Shown: one piece after another, positions 10,685 through 20,565 of the stretch
Position numbering within the stretch: position 1 is the first letter of the stretch
Layout: the number at the start of each line of letters is the position of its first letter
DNA from: Gemmatimonadales bacterium
GTDB lineage: Bacteria; Gemmatimonadota; Gemmatimonadetes; Gemmatimonadales; GWC2-71-9
Direction: 5' to 3'
DNA: 64,000 nt
Assembly (NCBI GenBank): GCA_041577295.1
Contig: JBFGJG010000013.1
Coordinates: 20,518-84,517 of the forward strand
The notes under the pieces: model-generated
What the model was told of the DNA's origin: nothing
The model's database searches: none
The model's input: only the letters and a program-made list of their open reading frames with translations
Program-made: the position numbers and the translations under genes

Positions 10685-11541
10685 GCCGGACACGCAACAC
10701 GACGCGACCGAGCGGCAGGATGCGGGTTGGCCGGATCGGGTATATCAACTGTTACCCGGTGTACGGCGCAATCGATCGGGGTATGGTGAACGTGGCTGCG
10801 GAGCTCGTGACGGGGACACCGTCCGAACTCAACGGGCTGCTCGCGGCTGGCGAGTTGGATGTGTCGGTGGTCTCCGCGGTGGAGTACGCACGGAACGCCG
10901 GCGCCTACCATCTTCTGCCGGATCTCGCGATCTCCTGCGACGGCCCGGTGCGGAGCGTAGCACTCTTTTCCGACCGGCCCGCAGAGGAGCTGGACGGGGT
11001 CACCGTGCTCGTCTCGGAGTCGTCACGTACCTCGGTGTATCTGCTGGAACTCCTCTGCCACGAGGTGTGGAACGTCCGGCCGACACTAGTTCAAGCTCGC
11101 ACAGAGGCCGGGGACCTTGATGCCCTCGCCTCGCTTCCCCATCAAGGTGTCTTAGTGATTGGAGACGCAGCGCTGTTGTTGGCAGCGCGCGGGCGGTATC
11201 GCTTCCGGTATGATCTGGGTGAAGGGTGGAAGCAGTGGACGGGGCTTCCGTTTGTGTTTGCCGTATGGGCTACGCGGCGGCAGGCGCATCAGGACGACGC
11301 GAGGGCGGTGCACGCGGCGCTGCTCGAGTCGCGGGCGTGGGGGCTCTCCCATCTCGATGAGCTCGCTGCGCAGGCGAATGCCGCCACGGGGATCGCGCTT
11401 TCCGAGTGCCGGGCCTACCTTTCCGGTCTCGATTACGCGCTTACCTATCGCCATCTCGAGGGACTGACGAGTTTCTTCCGGCGTCTTGCCCAGCGAGGCC
11501 GGCTTCCGGAAGGATCGTTGGCCTTCCTCTCGGTGGCGTGA
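10681..11541 (+). CDS. mqnA: Chorismate dehydratase (futalosine pathway)
   Basis: GRIGYINCYP, GPVRSV, SRTSV, IGDAAL, TGLPFVFAVW. Confidence 0.92.
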   Translation: MSRTRNTTRPSGRMRVGRIGYINCYPVYGAIDRGMVNVAAELVTGTPSELNGLLAAGELDVSVVSAVEYARNAGAYHLLPDLAISCDGPVRSVALFSDRPAEELDGVTVLVSESSRTSVYLLELLCHEVWNVRPTLVQARTEAGDLDALASLPHQGVLVIGDAALLLAARGRYRFRYDLGEGWKQWTGLPFVFAVWATRRQAHQDDARAVHAALLESRAWGLSHLDELAAQANAATGIALSECRAYLSGLDYALTYRHLEGLTSFFRRLAQRGRLPEGSLAFLSVA

Positions 11542-11551
11542 GCGTGCCAGC

Positions 11552-12601
11552 ATGATCGATCGTCACTCCCCAGAGTTCCGCGAGTTTCTCGATCTCTATG
11601 AGCGGGCACCCCTGCTCGAGTTGGGGACGTTGGCGGATCGGGTCCGCGAGAGGCTCCACCCCGAGGGGGTCGTCACCTATATCGTCGACCGCAACATCAA
11701 CTATACGAACGTGTGCGTTGCGGACTGCAAGTTCTGTGCATTCTATCGCCGTCCGAAGCACGAAGAGGGATATGTCCTCTCGTTCGGGGAGATCGGTCAA
11801 AAGATCGAGGAAGCCAAGGAGTTGGGTGCGGTTCAGATTCTGATCCAGGGCGGGCACAATCCGTACATCCCGTTCGGGTGGTATCTCGATTTGATGCGCT
11901 ACATCAAACAGCATCATCCCATCCACATCCACGGGTTTTCACCGTCGGAGATCGATTTCTTCGCCACCCGGTTTCGGATGGATGCTGAGGAGGTGATCAG
12001 GGAGCTGCGTGAAGCCGGCCTCGATTCGGTGCCCGGTGGTGGTGGCGAGATCCTCGTACAGGAGATCCGCGACCGAGTAGCCAAGAAGAAGGCGGGTGCC
12101 GACCGCTGGTTGGAGATCATGGAGATCGCACACGGCTTCGGCATGAAGACGTCGGTGACCATGATGTATGGCCTGGGCGAATCGCTGGCAGATCGGGTCG
12201 AGCATCTCTTCCGCGTGCGAGAGGTGCAGGCTCGCACGGGTGGATTCACCGCGTTCATCACGTGGCCGCTCCAACCCGAGCACACCGAGATGGAAGGAAC
12301 GCCAAAGACGGACGCCGTAACGCATCTGCGGACGGTAGCCATCTCGCGACTCGTCTTGGACAATGTGCCAAACCTCCAGGCCTCATGGGTCACCATGGGT
12401 CTCAAAGTCGGACAGATCGCGCTACGATTTGGTTGCAACGATTTTGGCTCGCTGATGATCGAGGAAAACGTGGTTTCGGCAGCTGGTACCGCCCATACGG
12501 CCACGCTCGATGAGATCGTGCGGCATATCCGAGACGCTGGTTTTACACCTGCCCGTCGGACACAAGACTACAGCATCATTCCGGAGACCGTGGCGGCCTG
12601 A
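11552..12601 (+). CDS. mqnC: Cyclic dehypoxanthine futalosine synthase (radical SAM)
   Basis: DRNINYTNVCVADCKFCAFYR, QGGHNP, QASWVT, GCNDFGS, EENVV. Confidence 0.92.
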   Translation: MIDRHSPEFREFLDLYERAPLLELGTLADRVRERLHPEGVVTYIVDRNINYTNVCVADCKFCAFYRRPKHEEGYVLSFGEIGQKIEEAKELGAVQILIQGGHNPYIPFGWYLDLMRYIKQHHPIHIHGFSPSEIDFFATRFRMDAEEVIRELREAGLDSVPGGGGEILVQEIRDRVAKKKAGADRWLEIMEIAHGFGMKTSVTMMYGLGESLADRVEHLFRVREVQARTGGFTAFITWPLQPEHTEMEGTPKTDAVTHLRTVAISRLVLDNVPNLQASWVTMGLKVGQIALRFGCNDFGSLMIEENVVSAAGTAHTATLDEIVRHIRDAGFTPARRTQDYSIIPETVAA

Positions 12602-12644
12602 ATCGCGCGGTGCTCTCGGACTACCAACAGAAAGGAACGGTGAC

Positions 12645-13046
12645 GTGAACGGGAAGAGTGTGCTCGTGATGGTGGGTTCGGAGAGTGACCGCGAGCGGGT
12701 GCAGCCCGCACTCCAGGTGCTCGATGACGCCGGAGTGCAGTACGACTTCGTCGTCTCGTCGGCCCACCGCGATCCCGACAAAACTGCCGCCATTGCCAAG
12801 GGTGCTCGGGAAAAGGGGTATCGAGTCATTATCGCGGCCGCAGGACTGGCAGCGGCGCTCCCCGGTTCCGTGGCGGCCCTCACCGAGTTGCCAGTGATCG
12901 GGCTCCCACTCGATGTCGGGCCACTTCGCGGTGTGGACGCCTTGTATGCGATCGCGCAAGTACCGCCCGGTTGTCCGGTTGGCACGGTGGGGATTGGGAA
13001 CGCCAAGAACGCCGCGCTGCTCGCGTTACGGATCCTCAAGGCCTAG
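12645..13046 (+). CDS. purE: PurE (AIR carboxylase family), short form
   Basis: GSESD, SAHR, LPVIGLP, PVGTVGIGNAKNAALLA; AAGGA before GTG 12645. Confidence 0.88.
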   Translation: MNGKSVLVMVGSESDRERVQPALQVLDDAGVQYDFVVSSAHRDPDKTAAIAKGAREKGYRVIIAAAGLAAALPGSVAALTELPVIGLPLDVGPLRGVDALYAIAQVPPGCPVGTVGIGNAKNAALLALRILKA

Positions 13047-13168
13047 CCGCAGACCCGTTTACCTGTCGGCCCAACCTTGTTAGTTTCCGTGCCGCTTTCG
13101 AGCGCCGGTGCCGCCTGGCGGCTCCGCGGCGCCCTCGCATACCGCGCAGCCATGCGTGACGGCAGACG

Positions 13169-14122
13169 ATGATTCACGCTAGCGACCTCATCAAATACTT
13201 CGGCGGGAAGCGTGCACTCGGCCCGGTTGCCTTCGAGATCCGGACCGGGGAGACGGTGGGCTTTCTCGGCCTGAACGGGGCGGGAAAGAGCACGCTCCTC
13301 CGCATCCTGAGCTGTGACCTCCGTCCCTCGGGCGGGTCGTTCTCGATTCGCGGCATCGACGGCGTGCGGGATCCCCACGCGGTGCGTCAGCTCGTGGGCT
13401 TTCTCCCCGAAGTTCCGCCGCTCTACGGCGACATGAGCGTGGGAGAGTATCTGCGCTTTGCCGGTTTGTTGCGCGGCATGAGTACGGAGCAGGTTGCGGC
13501 CCGCGTGCCGGAAGTCGAGCAACTCACTCACACGGCCAACGTCCACGGGGAGTTGATCCGACACCTCTCGCATGGCTACCGCCAACGAGTGGGGTTGGCA
13601 CAGGCGATCGTCCACGAGCCGGAGTTTCTCATCTTGGACGAGCCGACCAAGGGACTCGATCCTGCGCAGATCGCCGAGATGCGGACGCTGATCCGCGGGC
13701 TCAAGGACCGGCACACCGTGTTGATCTCCAGTCACATTCTCCCGGAGATTCGTGAGACATGTGACCGGCTGCTTGTGCTGCGGGACGGCGTGCTCGTGGC
13801 GTCCGGCACACCGCAAGAGCTGAGCGCCCGACTCCAGTCGCGGCGAATCGCCGTGACGGTGCTCCCGAACCACGACTCTTTGGAACCGGCCGCGATCGAA
13901 GCGAGCATCCGCCGAGTACACGGGGTGCGAAACGTGACCTCCACGGGTCGTGTGGACGGTGCACTCAGTTTCGTGGTAGAGGCGGCGAGCGACATTCGCG
14001 CCGAGGTGTGTCGGACGCTGGTCGGCGAAGGACATGGAGTGATCCGGCTCGACCGCGCCGACCAGGAATTGGAGAACGTGTTCCTCGAACTCGTCCAAGG
14101 AGCGTCGAGTGCGAGCGGCTAA
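13169..14122 (+). CDS. ABC transporter ATP-binding subunit, GldA-like
   Basis: Walker A GLNGAGKST, LSHGYRQR signature, ILDEP, SSH. Confidence 0.9.
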   Translation: MIHASDLIKYFGGKRALGPVAFEIRTGETVGFLGLNGAGKSTLLRILSCDLRPSGGSFSIRGIDGVRDPHAVRQLVGFLPEVPPLYGDMSVGEYLRFAGLLRGMSTEQVAARVPEVEQLTHTANVHGELIRHLSHGYRQRVGLAQAIVHEPEFLILDEPTKGLDPAQIAEMRTLIRGLKDRHTVLISSHILPEIRETCDRLLVLRDGVLVASGTPQELSARLQSRRIAVTVLPNHDSLEPAAIEASIRRVHGVRNVTSTGRVDGALSFVVEAASDIRAEVCRTLVGEGHGVIRLDRADQELENVFLELVQGASSASG

Positions 14123-14840
14123 CGTCATCTTCCGACGGGAGCTGAGTGAGTACCTGCGCTCTCCGCTGGGGTATATCGTGGCCGCCACCGTGCTCTTGCT
14201 CGATGGCCTCCTCTTTTACTCCCAGGCTCTCGGTCCGGCCGCGGGCGAACGGCTCTCCGGGGAGGTGCTGGCGCGGTTCTTCTACAACACGAGTGGGCTC
14301 GTGGCGATCGCCGCGGTGGCCTTGTCCATTCGACTCATCGCCGAGGAGCGGCAGACGGGCACCCTGGTGCTGTTGAGCACCTCACCCGTCCGTGAGTGGG
14401 AGATCGTGGTCGGAAAGTTCTTTTCTGCCCTCGTGTTCTTGGGTGGCATCACCCTGGTCAGCATCTACATGCCGCTTCTCATCATGGTCAATGGCAAGAT
14501 TTCCCTTGGCCAGGTCTTCGTTGGCTACACCGGTCTCATTCTCATCGGGGCGGCCTGTCTGGCGATCGGGGTGTTCGCCACCGCGTTGACGAGGCATCAG
14601 CTCGTAGCGGTGGCGGTGGCGGCGACAACTACGGCCGTGATGTTCCTGTTTTGGTGGTTGTCCCTCGTCATCGATCCGCCGCTCTCGCGCGTCGCTGCCG
14701 GCCTCGCGATGCACGCTCGACACTTTCAGGGCTTCCAGGACGGCGCGCTGAATCTCCGTGACGTGTTCTATTACCTGGCCGTGACGTACTTCTTTTTGTT
14801 GGTGGCTATCAAGGTGATGGAGGCGAAGCGATGGGAGTGA
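14109..14840 (+). CDS. ABC-2 permease, GldF-like
   Basis: FRRELSEYLRSP, AEERQTGTL, IVVGKF; about 6 TM segments. Confidence 0.85.
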   Translation: MRAANVIFRRELSEYLRSPLGYIVAATVLLLDGLLFYSQALGPAAGERLSGEVLARFFYNTSGLVAIAAVALSIRLIAEERQTGTLVLLSTSPVREWEIVVGKFFSALVFLGGITLVSIYMPLLIMVNGKISLGQVFVGYTGLILIGAACLAIGVFATALTRHQLVAVAVAATTTAVMFLFWWLSLVIDPPLSRVAAGLAMHARHFQGFQDGALNLRDVFYYLAVTYFFLLVAIKVMEAKRWE

Positions 14841-16753
14841 CCATCCGGAGCGCTCCTTGGTGGCTCACGTGGGTGGTCGCCGGTGCTCTCCTCCTGCTGC
14901 TGATCGGGGAGCGGGTGCTGGGTGAGGCGGCTGCGGTTCGAATGATGGCGTCGGGCGTTGGATTGATCACGCTGTTGGCGGTGACCGGCTGGCGGATCGT
15001 CTCATGGCGCAACGCTCCGGAACACGTCCGTGCGGTGGAGCAGATTCTCGTTCTCTGCTACGTGGGTTGTGTAATTGCCGTCTTGGGCTTCCTGCTCTCG
15101 AGCGAAGCCGTGATGTCGTCGCTCGGAATCGAGTTTCGCGATCGAGTGGTGGAACGGCGGTACGAAGTCACCGCACAGGTGCTCTCGTCTATTGTGCTTG
15201 CCGTCTCGCTCCTGCCAGCCCTGGCGGCCCAATGGTCGTTGGCGTCACACCGGCACGCTGGGGCAACAGCAGCGAGCGTAGAATCCTTGCGGGTCCGTGA
15301 AGTCGCGACTGGTGCGGCAACGGTTGCTTTGGCAGGTGCGCTGATGTTCGTCATGGGATACATCACAACCGAGCGGAACAAGAGTCTTGACCTGAGCTAC
15401 TTCAAGACGTCGAGCCCCGGCACCGCGACCCAGGAAGTCGTCAAGAGCTTTGGCGATCCGCTCAGGGTTCTCCTCTTCTTCCCTGCGGTCAATCCGGTGC
15501 GGGATGAGGTGGTGGACTATTTCCACGAGTTAGATCGGGCCACAAACGTGGTTCAAGTTGAAGAGTACGATCGACTCATCGCCGCGGACACTGCCCGACA
15601 GTACCAGGTGTCGGCGGACGGAACGATCGTGTTGCGGCGCGGCGAAAACACCGAACGGCTGACCTTGTCACCCACCCTCAACACCGCGCGCTCGCGACTC
15701 CGAACACTGGACCGCGACGTACAGGATCGTCTTTTGCGCTTGGCCCGGGAGCGCCGGACCGCATACCTCACAGTCGGTCACGGCGAACTGGGTGATCGGC
15801 TGCCCGCCGATACCGTCGGGCCAGGCGATCCATTGCGGCAGATCACCGGCGTTCGGGAACTGCTGGGCGTTCTGAACTATCAGGTGGAGGAATTGGGACT
15901 GTCTGAAGGTCTCGGCCGCGACGTCCCGGAGAACGCCGCCATCGTTCTCGTGCTGGGGCCACGACTGCCGTTCCTTGAAGAGGAGCTGGCATCGCTCGAT
16001 CGCTACCTCGAACGTGGAGGGTCGGTGCTGCTTGCCATCGATCCAGAAAGCGAGTTTCGGTTCGGGCCGCTCGAACAGCGCTTGGGGGTGCGCTATCGGT
16101 TCGTGCCACTCGCCGACGAGCGCCAATTCGTCACCCGGAATCGCAACGAGTCTGACCGCCAGCTCATCATCACCGATCGTTTCTCTGTCCATGAGGCTGT
16201 GACCACCGCGAGTCGCACGCGCATCGGCTCGGGTATCCTGTTGGTCGGTGCCGGGTATCTCGAGGCGCTCGAGGGACACGGCCTGAGGCACAGCTTCATC
16301 GTACGTTCCCTCCCCACGAACTTCGGCGATGAGAATCGCAACTTCACCTTGGACGGTGACGAGTCCCGCCGGGTTTACAACCTCGTTGCCGCGATTGAGC
16401 CTGCGGCTCCCGACACCTTGGCCGACGACCTCGACGTGGAAGCCTCTGCAGCCGATACAGCTGGGATGCGCGCCCTCGTCTACGCCGACGCGGGCATGTT
16501 CTCCGATGCCGTCCTCGCCTCGATTGCCCTCAACACGGCGCTCGTGGCGGATGGTATCCGATGGCTCGGCCGCGAGGAGGCGTTCTCTGGTGTTACGGAG
16601 AGTGAGGAGGACATTGCCCTGGTGCACACAAAAGCCGAAGACGTCCGGTGGTTCTATTCGACGATCCTCGGTGCGCCGCTGATCGTGCTGGGCGGTGGGC
16701 TTGTGGCCGTCTATTGGCGACGCAAGAAGCGGCAAGCGGGAGGCGCGGCATGA
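14831..16753 (+). CDS. GldG-like ABC accessory protein with extra N-terminal TM region
   Basis: YLTVGHGE, LDRYLERGGSVLLAIDP, C-terminal TM plus WRRKKR. Confidence 0.75.
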   Translation: MGVTIRSAPWWLTWVVAGALLLLLIGERVLGEAAAVRMMASGVGLITLLAVTGWRIVSWRNAPEHVRAVEQILVLCYVGCVIAVLGFLLSSEAVMSSLGIEFRDRVVERRYEVTAQVLSSIVLAVSLLPALAAQWSLASHRHAGATAASVESLRVREVATGAATVALAGALMFVMGYITTERNKSLDLSYFKTSSPGTATQEVVKSFGDPLRVLLFFPAVNPVRDEVVDYFHELDRATNVVQVEEYDRLIAADTARQYQVSADGTIVLRRGENTERLTLSPTLNTARSRLRTLDRDVQDRLLRLARERRTAYLTVGHGELGDRLPADTVGPGDPLRQITGVRELLGVLNYQVEELGLSEGLGRDVPENAAIVLVLGPRLPFLEEELASLDRYLERGGSVLLAIDPESEFRFGPLEQRLGVRYRFVPLADERQFVTRNRNESDRQLIITDRFSVHEAVTTASRTRIGSGILLVGAGYLEALEGHGLRHSFIVRSLPTNFGDENRNFTLDGDESRRVYNLVAAIEPAAPDTLADDLDVEASAADTAGMRALVYADAGMFSDAVLASIALNTALVADGIRWLGREEAFSGVTESEEDIALVHTKAEDVRWFYSTILGAPLIVLGGGLVAVYWRRKKRQAGGAA

Positions 16754-17739
16754 AAGGCGTCATGGTGCACGGTGTCCTGCTCGCCTTGGCGCTTTTGGTG
16801 GGATATCAGACGTGGACTCGCGATCCCACTCGCTCCACCGCAGCAGACGAAGTCCCGGTGTGGCGTGGATCCGTGGATCGCGTGTCGTCCCTCACGTTCA
16901 CGCGACCGGATCAGATTCTCACCATCGAAGCTCGCGAGGCGAACGGAGAGCGCTACCTGTGGGGAAGCGTCCAGCGGGGCCGATCGGCCGACGACACCTC
17001 GCAGGCGCCGCGAACGATCGATGAGTTTCCAGTGGGGGAGCGGGGAACGGAGCTGATTGAACGGGTGGCGTCGCTTGCAGCCCTGCGAGACCTGGGTGTG
17101 CTCACCGATTCGCTCAAGGTTGCCTACGAGCTCGTAGACCCGCAGCGCCGGCTCCGAATCGCCTTTCGGGACCGCACGAGGGAGTTGCTGTTGGGTGGCA
17201 ACGTGTTTGGGGGTGGTCATCGGTACGCACTCGACCCCGAAAACGGCCATGGGTACGTGATCTCGTCGGACATCTTGCGGCAGCTCGAAGGAGGGCAGGG
17301 GCTGCTCCGACAGACGCGGCTGCATGACTGGGAGTTGCGGGACGTAGCCAGTGTCACAGTGCAGGCCGGAAGCGCGACCCGGCGCATGCTTCGGGAGGGT
17401 GAGGTGAGCGTGACCGGGGCCATGTGGACGTCGCCGGAGACGGGTGAGCCGGACCAGACATTCGCCAACTTCATGGATCGAATCCAGCGACTCGCCGCGA
17501 TCACGTATGAAGCTAGCTTGAGTTCCCATCAGCTCGAGCGGCGTGTGCGGGTGGAGTTCTTTGACGCACGAAACCGAACCCTCGGATTTGTCGACGTGTT
17601 CAGGGCACCGGGGGAGACCGACGGGTTTGAGTATTACATCCTCACGGAGGAGACGCGCGTCGTAGCGCGCACGCACCCCAGCTTGGGTGAGCGGCTCGAC
17701 GAAGATCTGCGCGAGGTCTTCAGCGGCCGTTCGTCATGA
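16750..17739 (+). CDS. DUF4340-like membrane-anchored extracytoplasmic protein
   Basis: N-terminal TM; follows the GldG-like gene with ATGA overlap. Confidence 0.6.
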   Translation: MKGVMVHGVLLALALLVGYQTWTRDPTRSTAADEVPVWRGSVDRVSSLTFTRPDQILTIEAREANGERYLWGSVQRGRSADDTSQAPRTIDEFPVGERGTELIERVASLAALRDLGVLTDSLKVAYELVDPQRRLRIAFRDRTRELLLGGNVFGGGHRYALDPENGHGYVISSDILRQLEGGQGLLRQTRLHDWELRDVASVTVQAGSATRRMLREGEVSVTGAMWTSPETGEPDQTFANFMDRIQRLAAITYEASLSSHQLERRVRVEFFDARNRTLGFVDVFRAPGETDGFEYYILTEETRVVARTHPSLGERLDEDLREVFSGRSS

Positions 17740-19201
17740 TGCGTTCGATATCTTCCACACGCCGCGGGGCCGCTGCTGAGAGATTCTCGTAGCCATTGTC
17801 CGTGACGAGAATCATGTCCTCGATCATGATCGCAATGCTCTCGTCCGGAATGTAGAGCTTTGGCTCGACGGTGAAGACCATGCCCGGTGCCAGTGGCCTG
17901 GTGTAGTCACGGCTGTCGAGTGCCTCGAGCCCTATGTGATGGCCGAGATCCCGTACCCCAATTCCGCGCGCCCCGCTGTAGTCAGTCAACGATCCACCCC
18001 GCCGTAGCCAATAGGTTGGTGAGGGCATGATCCCCCAGACACGGTCTTCACCCATCCGATCGATGTCCTCATACGGCTCCAACCCGTAACGCTGAAAGAC
18101 CCTCGCGGCGGCGTGAATCACCTCGAGCATCATCACCCCTGGCCTTATGTGAGCAAGCGCAGAATCCTGCGCCTCGAGCACCATCTCGTAGTAACGACGC
18201 TGATCAGTGGTGAACCGTCCGGATACGGGCCAAGTTCGGCACAGATCGGACGTATACATTTGGAACTCCGCGGCGCCGTAGTCCGCGAAGAGGAGATCGC
18301 CTGCCTGCATGATTCGGTCGCCGAAGTCGTAGGCTTCGGCACGAAGGGTGTAGAGTGTGAGGGACGCGGGCCCGCTCGAAACGATCGGTCCGAACGACGT
18401 ACGCGGTGCGCCCTCGCGTTTCCAGACGGCCTCCATGACACCTGCAACAGCGAGGTCCCTCAGTCCCGGTCGAGTGGCACGCATCCCCTCGATCATCCCC
18501 GTCGCGCTGATGGCCGCCGCCCGACGAAGGGCGGCGATCTCGAAGGAGTCTTTCACGAGACGCATGCGCTCGATTGCTGGTGTCAGATTCTCGATATGGA
18601 CATCGCGTAGGCTTGCGGCCAACGAGCGTGTAAACTGCTGACGGTACGTAAGTGGGCGGGGCAGCCCAGGAGGCGCATACAATTCTCGCGTATCGCCGGC
18701 GACGTACACCGTTGGCACGTCGCCGAGGAGGTCGGGGAGCATGGTGGTGAAGTCATCGATGGGCGCTACCTCCGCGATCGCTGTGGCGCGGATCGCATCC
18801 TTGCCAGGTGCCAAGCGGGCAAGAGGACGATTCCACGACGCTGTGCGAAATCGCTCGTCGTCGATGGGGAACTGGGCGCCGGCGAACTGAAACCGTTCAG
18901 GGAGGAACAGCACTTCGCGCCGCTCCATGCCACCTGGCACAATAACCAAAATAGCGAAGGGCGACTGCACGCCCGTGAGATACCAGAAGTTGGGATCCTG
19001 TTTTCCCACGCCGCCCGCTCGAACGAGATATTCGCCAGGGACGATCATGGGAGCGCGAAGCTCCGCAGCGAGTCGAGCGCGTCGATTGGCGAACACCTCG
19101 GGCGGAAACCACGGCTCGTCTTGCGCGGAACGCGCATGCGGCGAGCCGATCAGCAGCAGGAACGGTATCACGATCAATGCACGATTCGAGTGCCGCGACA
19201 T
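17720..19201 (-). CDS. Secreted M24 family peptidase (aminopeptidase P-like)
   Basis: Signal peptide, QDPNFWYLTG, MRLVKDSFEI, metal ligands in DYG...TSD, GHHIG, TVEP, IED. Confidence 0.88.
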   Translation of the reverse strand: MSRHSNRALIVIPFLLLIGSPHARSAQDEPWFPPEVFANRRARLAAELRAPMIVPGEYLVRAGGVGKQDPNFWYLTGVQSPFAILVIVPGGMERREVLFLPERFQFAGAQFPIDDERFRTASWNRPLARLAPGKDAIRATAIAEVAPIDDFTTMLPDLLGDVPTVYVAGDTRELYAPPGLPRPLTYRQQFTRSLAASLRDVHIENLTPAIERMRLVKDSFEIAALRRAAAISATGMIEGMRATRPGLRDLAVAGVMEAVWKREGAPRTSFGPIVSSGPASLTLYTLRAEAYDFGDRIMQAGDLLFADYGAAEFQMYTSDLCRTWPVSGRFTTDQRRYYEMVLEAQDSALAHIRPGVMMLEVIHAAARVFQRYGLEPYEDIDRMGEDRVWGIMPSPTYWLRRGGSLTDYSGARGIGVRDLGHHIGLEALDSRDYTRPLAPGMVFTVEPKLYIPDESIAIMIEDMILVTDNGYENLSAAAPRRVEDIERIMTNGR

Positions 19202-19280
19202 AGAGATGACTCACATGGCAGTGGCGGCCTAAACTAGCCCGTCGTTTGAGCGGTCGCGAGCCCCATTTCGACCGGCCGCT

Positions 19281-19347
19281 CCAACCTTCCGTCTTTCCGT
19301 GGTCCGCCCCTCTTCCCAACCTTCCAACCTTCCAACCTTCCCACCGT
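19281..19347. repeat. Octamer tandem repeat CCAACCTT with degenerate copies
   Basis: Three perfect tandem copies at 19316-19339, one more at 19281-19288, variants CCGTCTTT and CCCACCGT. Confidence 0.8.
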
Positions 19348-19366
19348 CACACCATCTTATCCCCCC

Positions 19367-20518
19367 ATGCATACCGCCCGGCGTACCCATTCGTTTACCG
19401 AGTCTGTCATTCGTGGCATGACCCGACTCGCCGCCGAGCACGGTGCTATCAATCTCGCGCAGGGGTTTCCCAATTTCGCTGCACCCTCCCTGATGAAGGA
19501 GGCCGCTGCCAAGGCAATCCGTGATGACATCAATCAGTACGCCATCACGTGGGGTGCGAAGCGGCTCAGAGAGGCGTTGGCCGCGAAGTACGAGTACTGG
19601 TACCGCATGACGGTCGATCCGGAGGCCGAGATCACCGTGACATGCGGAGCGACAGAGGCGATGGCCTCCACGCTCCTGTCGATCGTCGATCCGGGCGACG
19701 AGGTGGTAGTGTTCGAGCCTTTCTATGAGAATTACGGGCCGGATACGATACTGTGCGAAGCTCGCCCTGTGTTCGTTCCAATGCCGGTGTCCGGCGAGCT
19801 GGATCTAGATCGGTTGCGGTCAGTGTGCTCGAGTCGGACCCGGGCGATCATCATCAATACGCCAAACAATCCCACCGGTCGGGTGCTGACGCGAGCCGAG
19901 CTCGAAGGCATCGCCGAAATCTGCCGGGCCGTAGACGCGTACGCCGTCACCGACGAGATCTACGAGCACATTTACTACGAAGGAACGCACATCCCGATCG
20001 CCACGATCCCGGGCATGCGGGAGCGCACCATCACGATTAGCGGCGCGTCCAAGACGTTCAGCGTGACCGGATGGCGCATCGGGACGATCATTGCGCCACC
20101 GCAGGCTACTGATGCGATCCGCAAGGTGCACGATTTCTTGACGGTGGGCGCGCCGGCTCCACTTCAGGAGGCCGTTGCCGTCGCCCTCGAATCGCTCGGG
20201 CCGGATTACTACAAGTCGCTCGTCAGGGAGTATCGGGAGCGCCGCGATGTGGTGGCACAGGGGCTAGTGCAAGCAGGCTTCCGGTGCGCGCCGCCGCAGG
20301 GTGCGTATTACATCATGGCGGATTTTTCGGACCTGCGGGAGATGGCGGACCATGCGTTTGCAGCGTGGCTCACCGCCGAGATCGGCGTTGCCCCGGTACC
20401 GGGCTCGAGCTTCTACAGCCGCCGCGACCTCGGCCGCTCGCTCGTGCGGTTCGCCTTCTGCAAGACGATGGACTTGCTGGAGGAAGCCGTGCGCCGCCTG
20501 CAGGCCATCGCGCGCTAG
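19367..20518 (+). CDS. PLP-dependent aminotransferase class I/II (YbdL-like)
   Basis: AINLAQGFP, NTPNNPTG, DEIYEH, SKTFSVTGWRIG, RFAFCK. Confidence 0.92.
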   Translation: MHTARRTHSFTESVIRGMTRLAAEHGAINLAQGFPNFAAPSLMKEAAAKAIRDDINQYAITWGAKRLREALAAKYEYWYRMTVDPEAEITVTCGATEAMASTLLSIVDPGDEVVVFEPFYENYGPDTILCEARPVFVPMPVSGELDLDRLRSVCSSRTRAIIINTPNNPTGRVLTRAELEGIAEICRAVDAYAVTDEIYEHIYYEGTHIPIATIPGMRERTITISGASKTFSVTGWRIGTIIAPPQATDAIRKVHDFLTVGAPAPLQEAVAVALESLGPDYYKSLVREYRERRDVVAQGLVQAGFRCAPPQGAYYIMADFSDLREMADHAFAAWLTAEIGVAPVPGSSFYSRRDLGRSLVRFAFCKTMDLLEEAVRRLQAIAR

Positions 20519-20565
20519 CCGTTCGCTACCTTCCCTCGTGGTTTCACACCCTCTATCATCCTGCC

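Noticed and set aside
19229..19441. 70-aa ORF containing GGKVGRLEGWE
   Set aside because: Translation of the octamer repeat, antisense to the aminotransferase start
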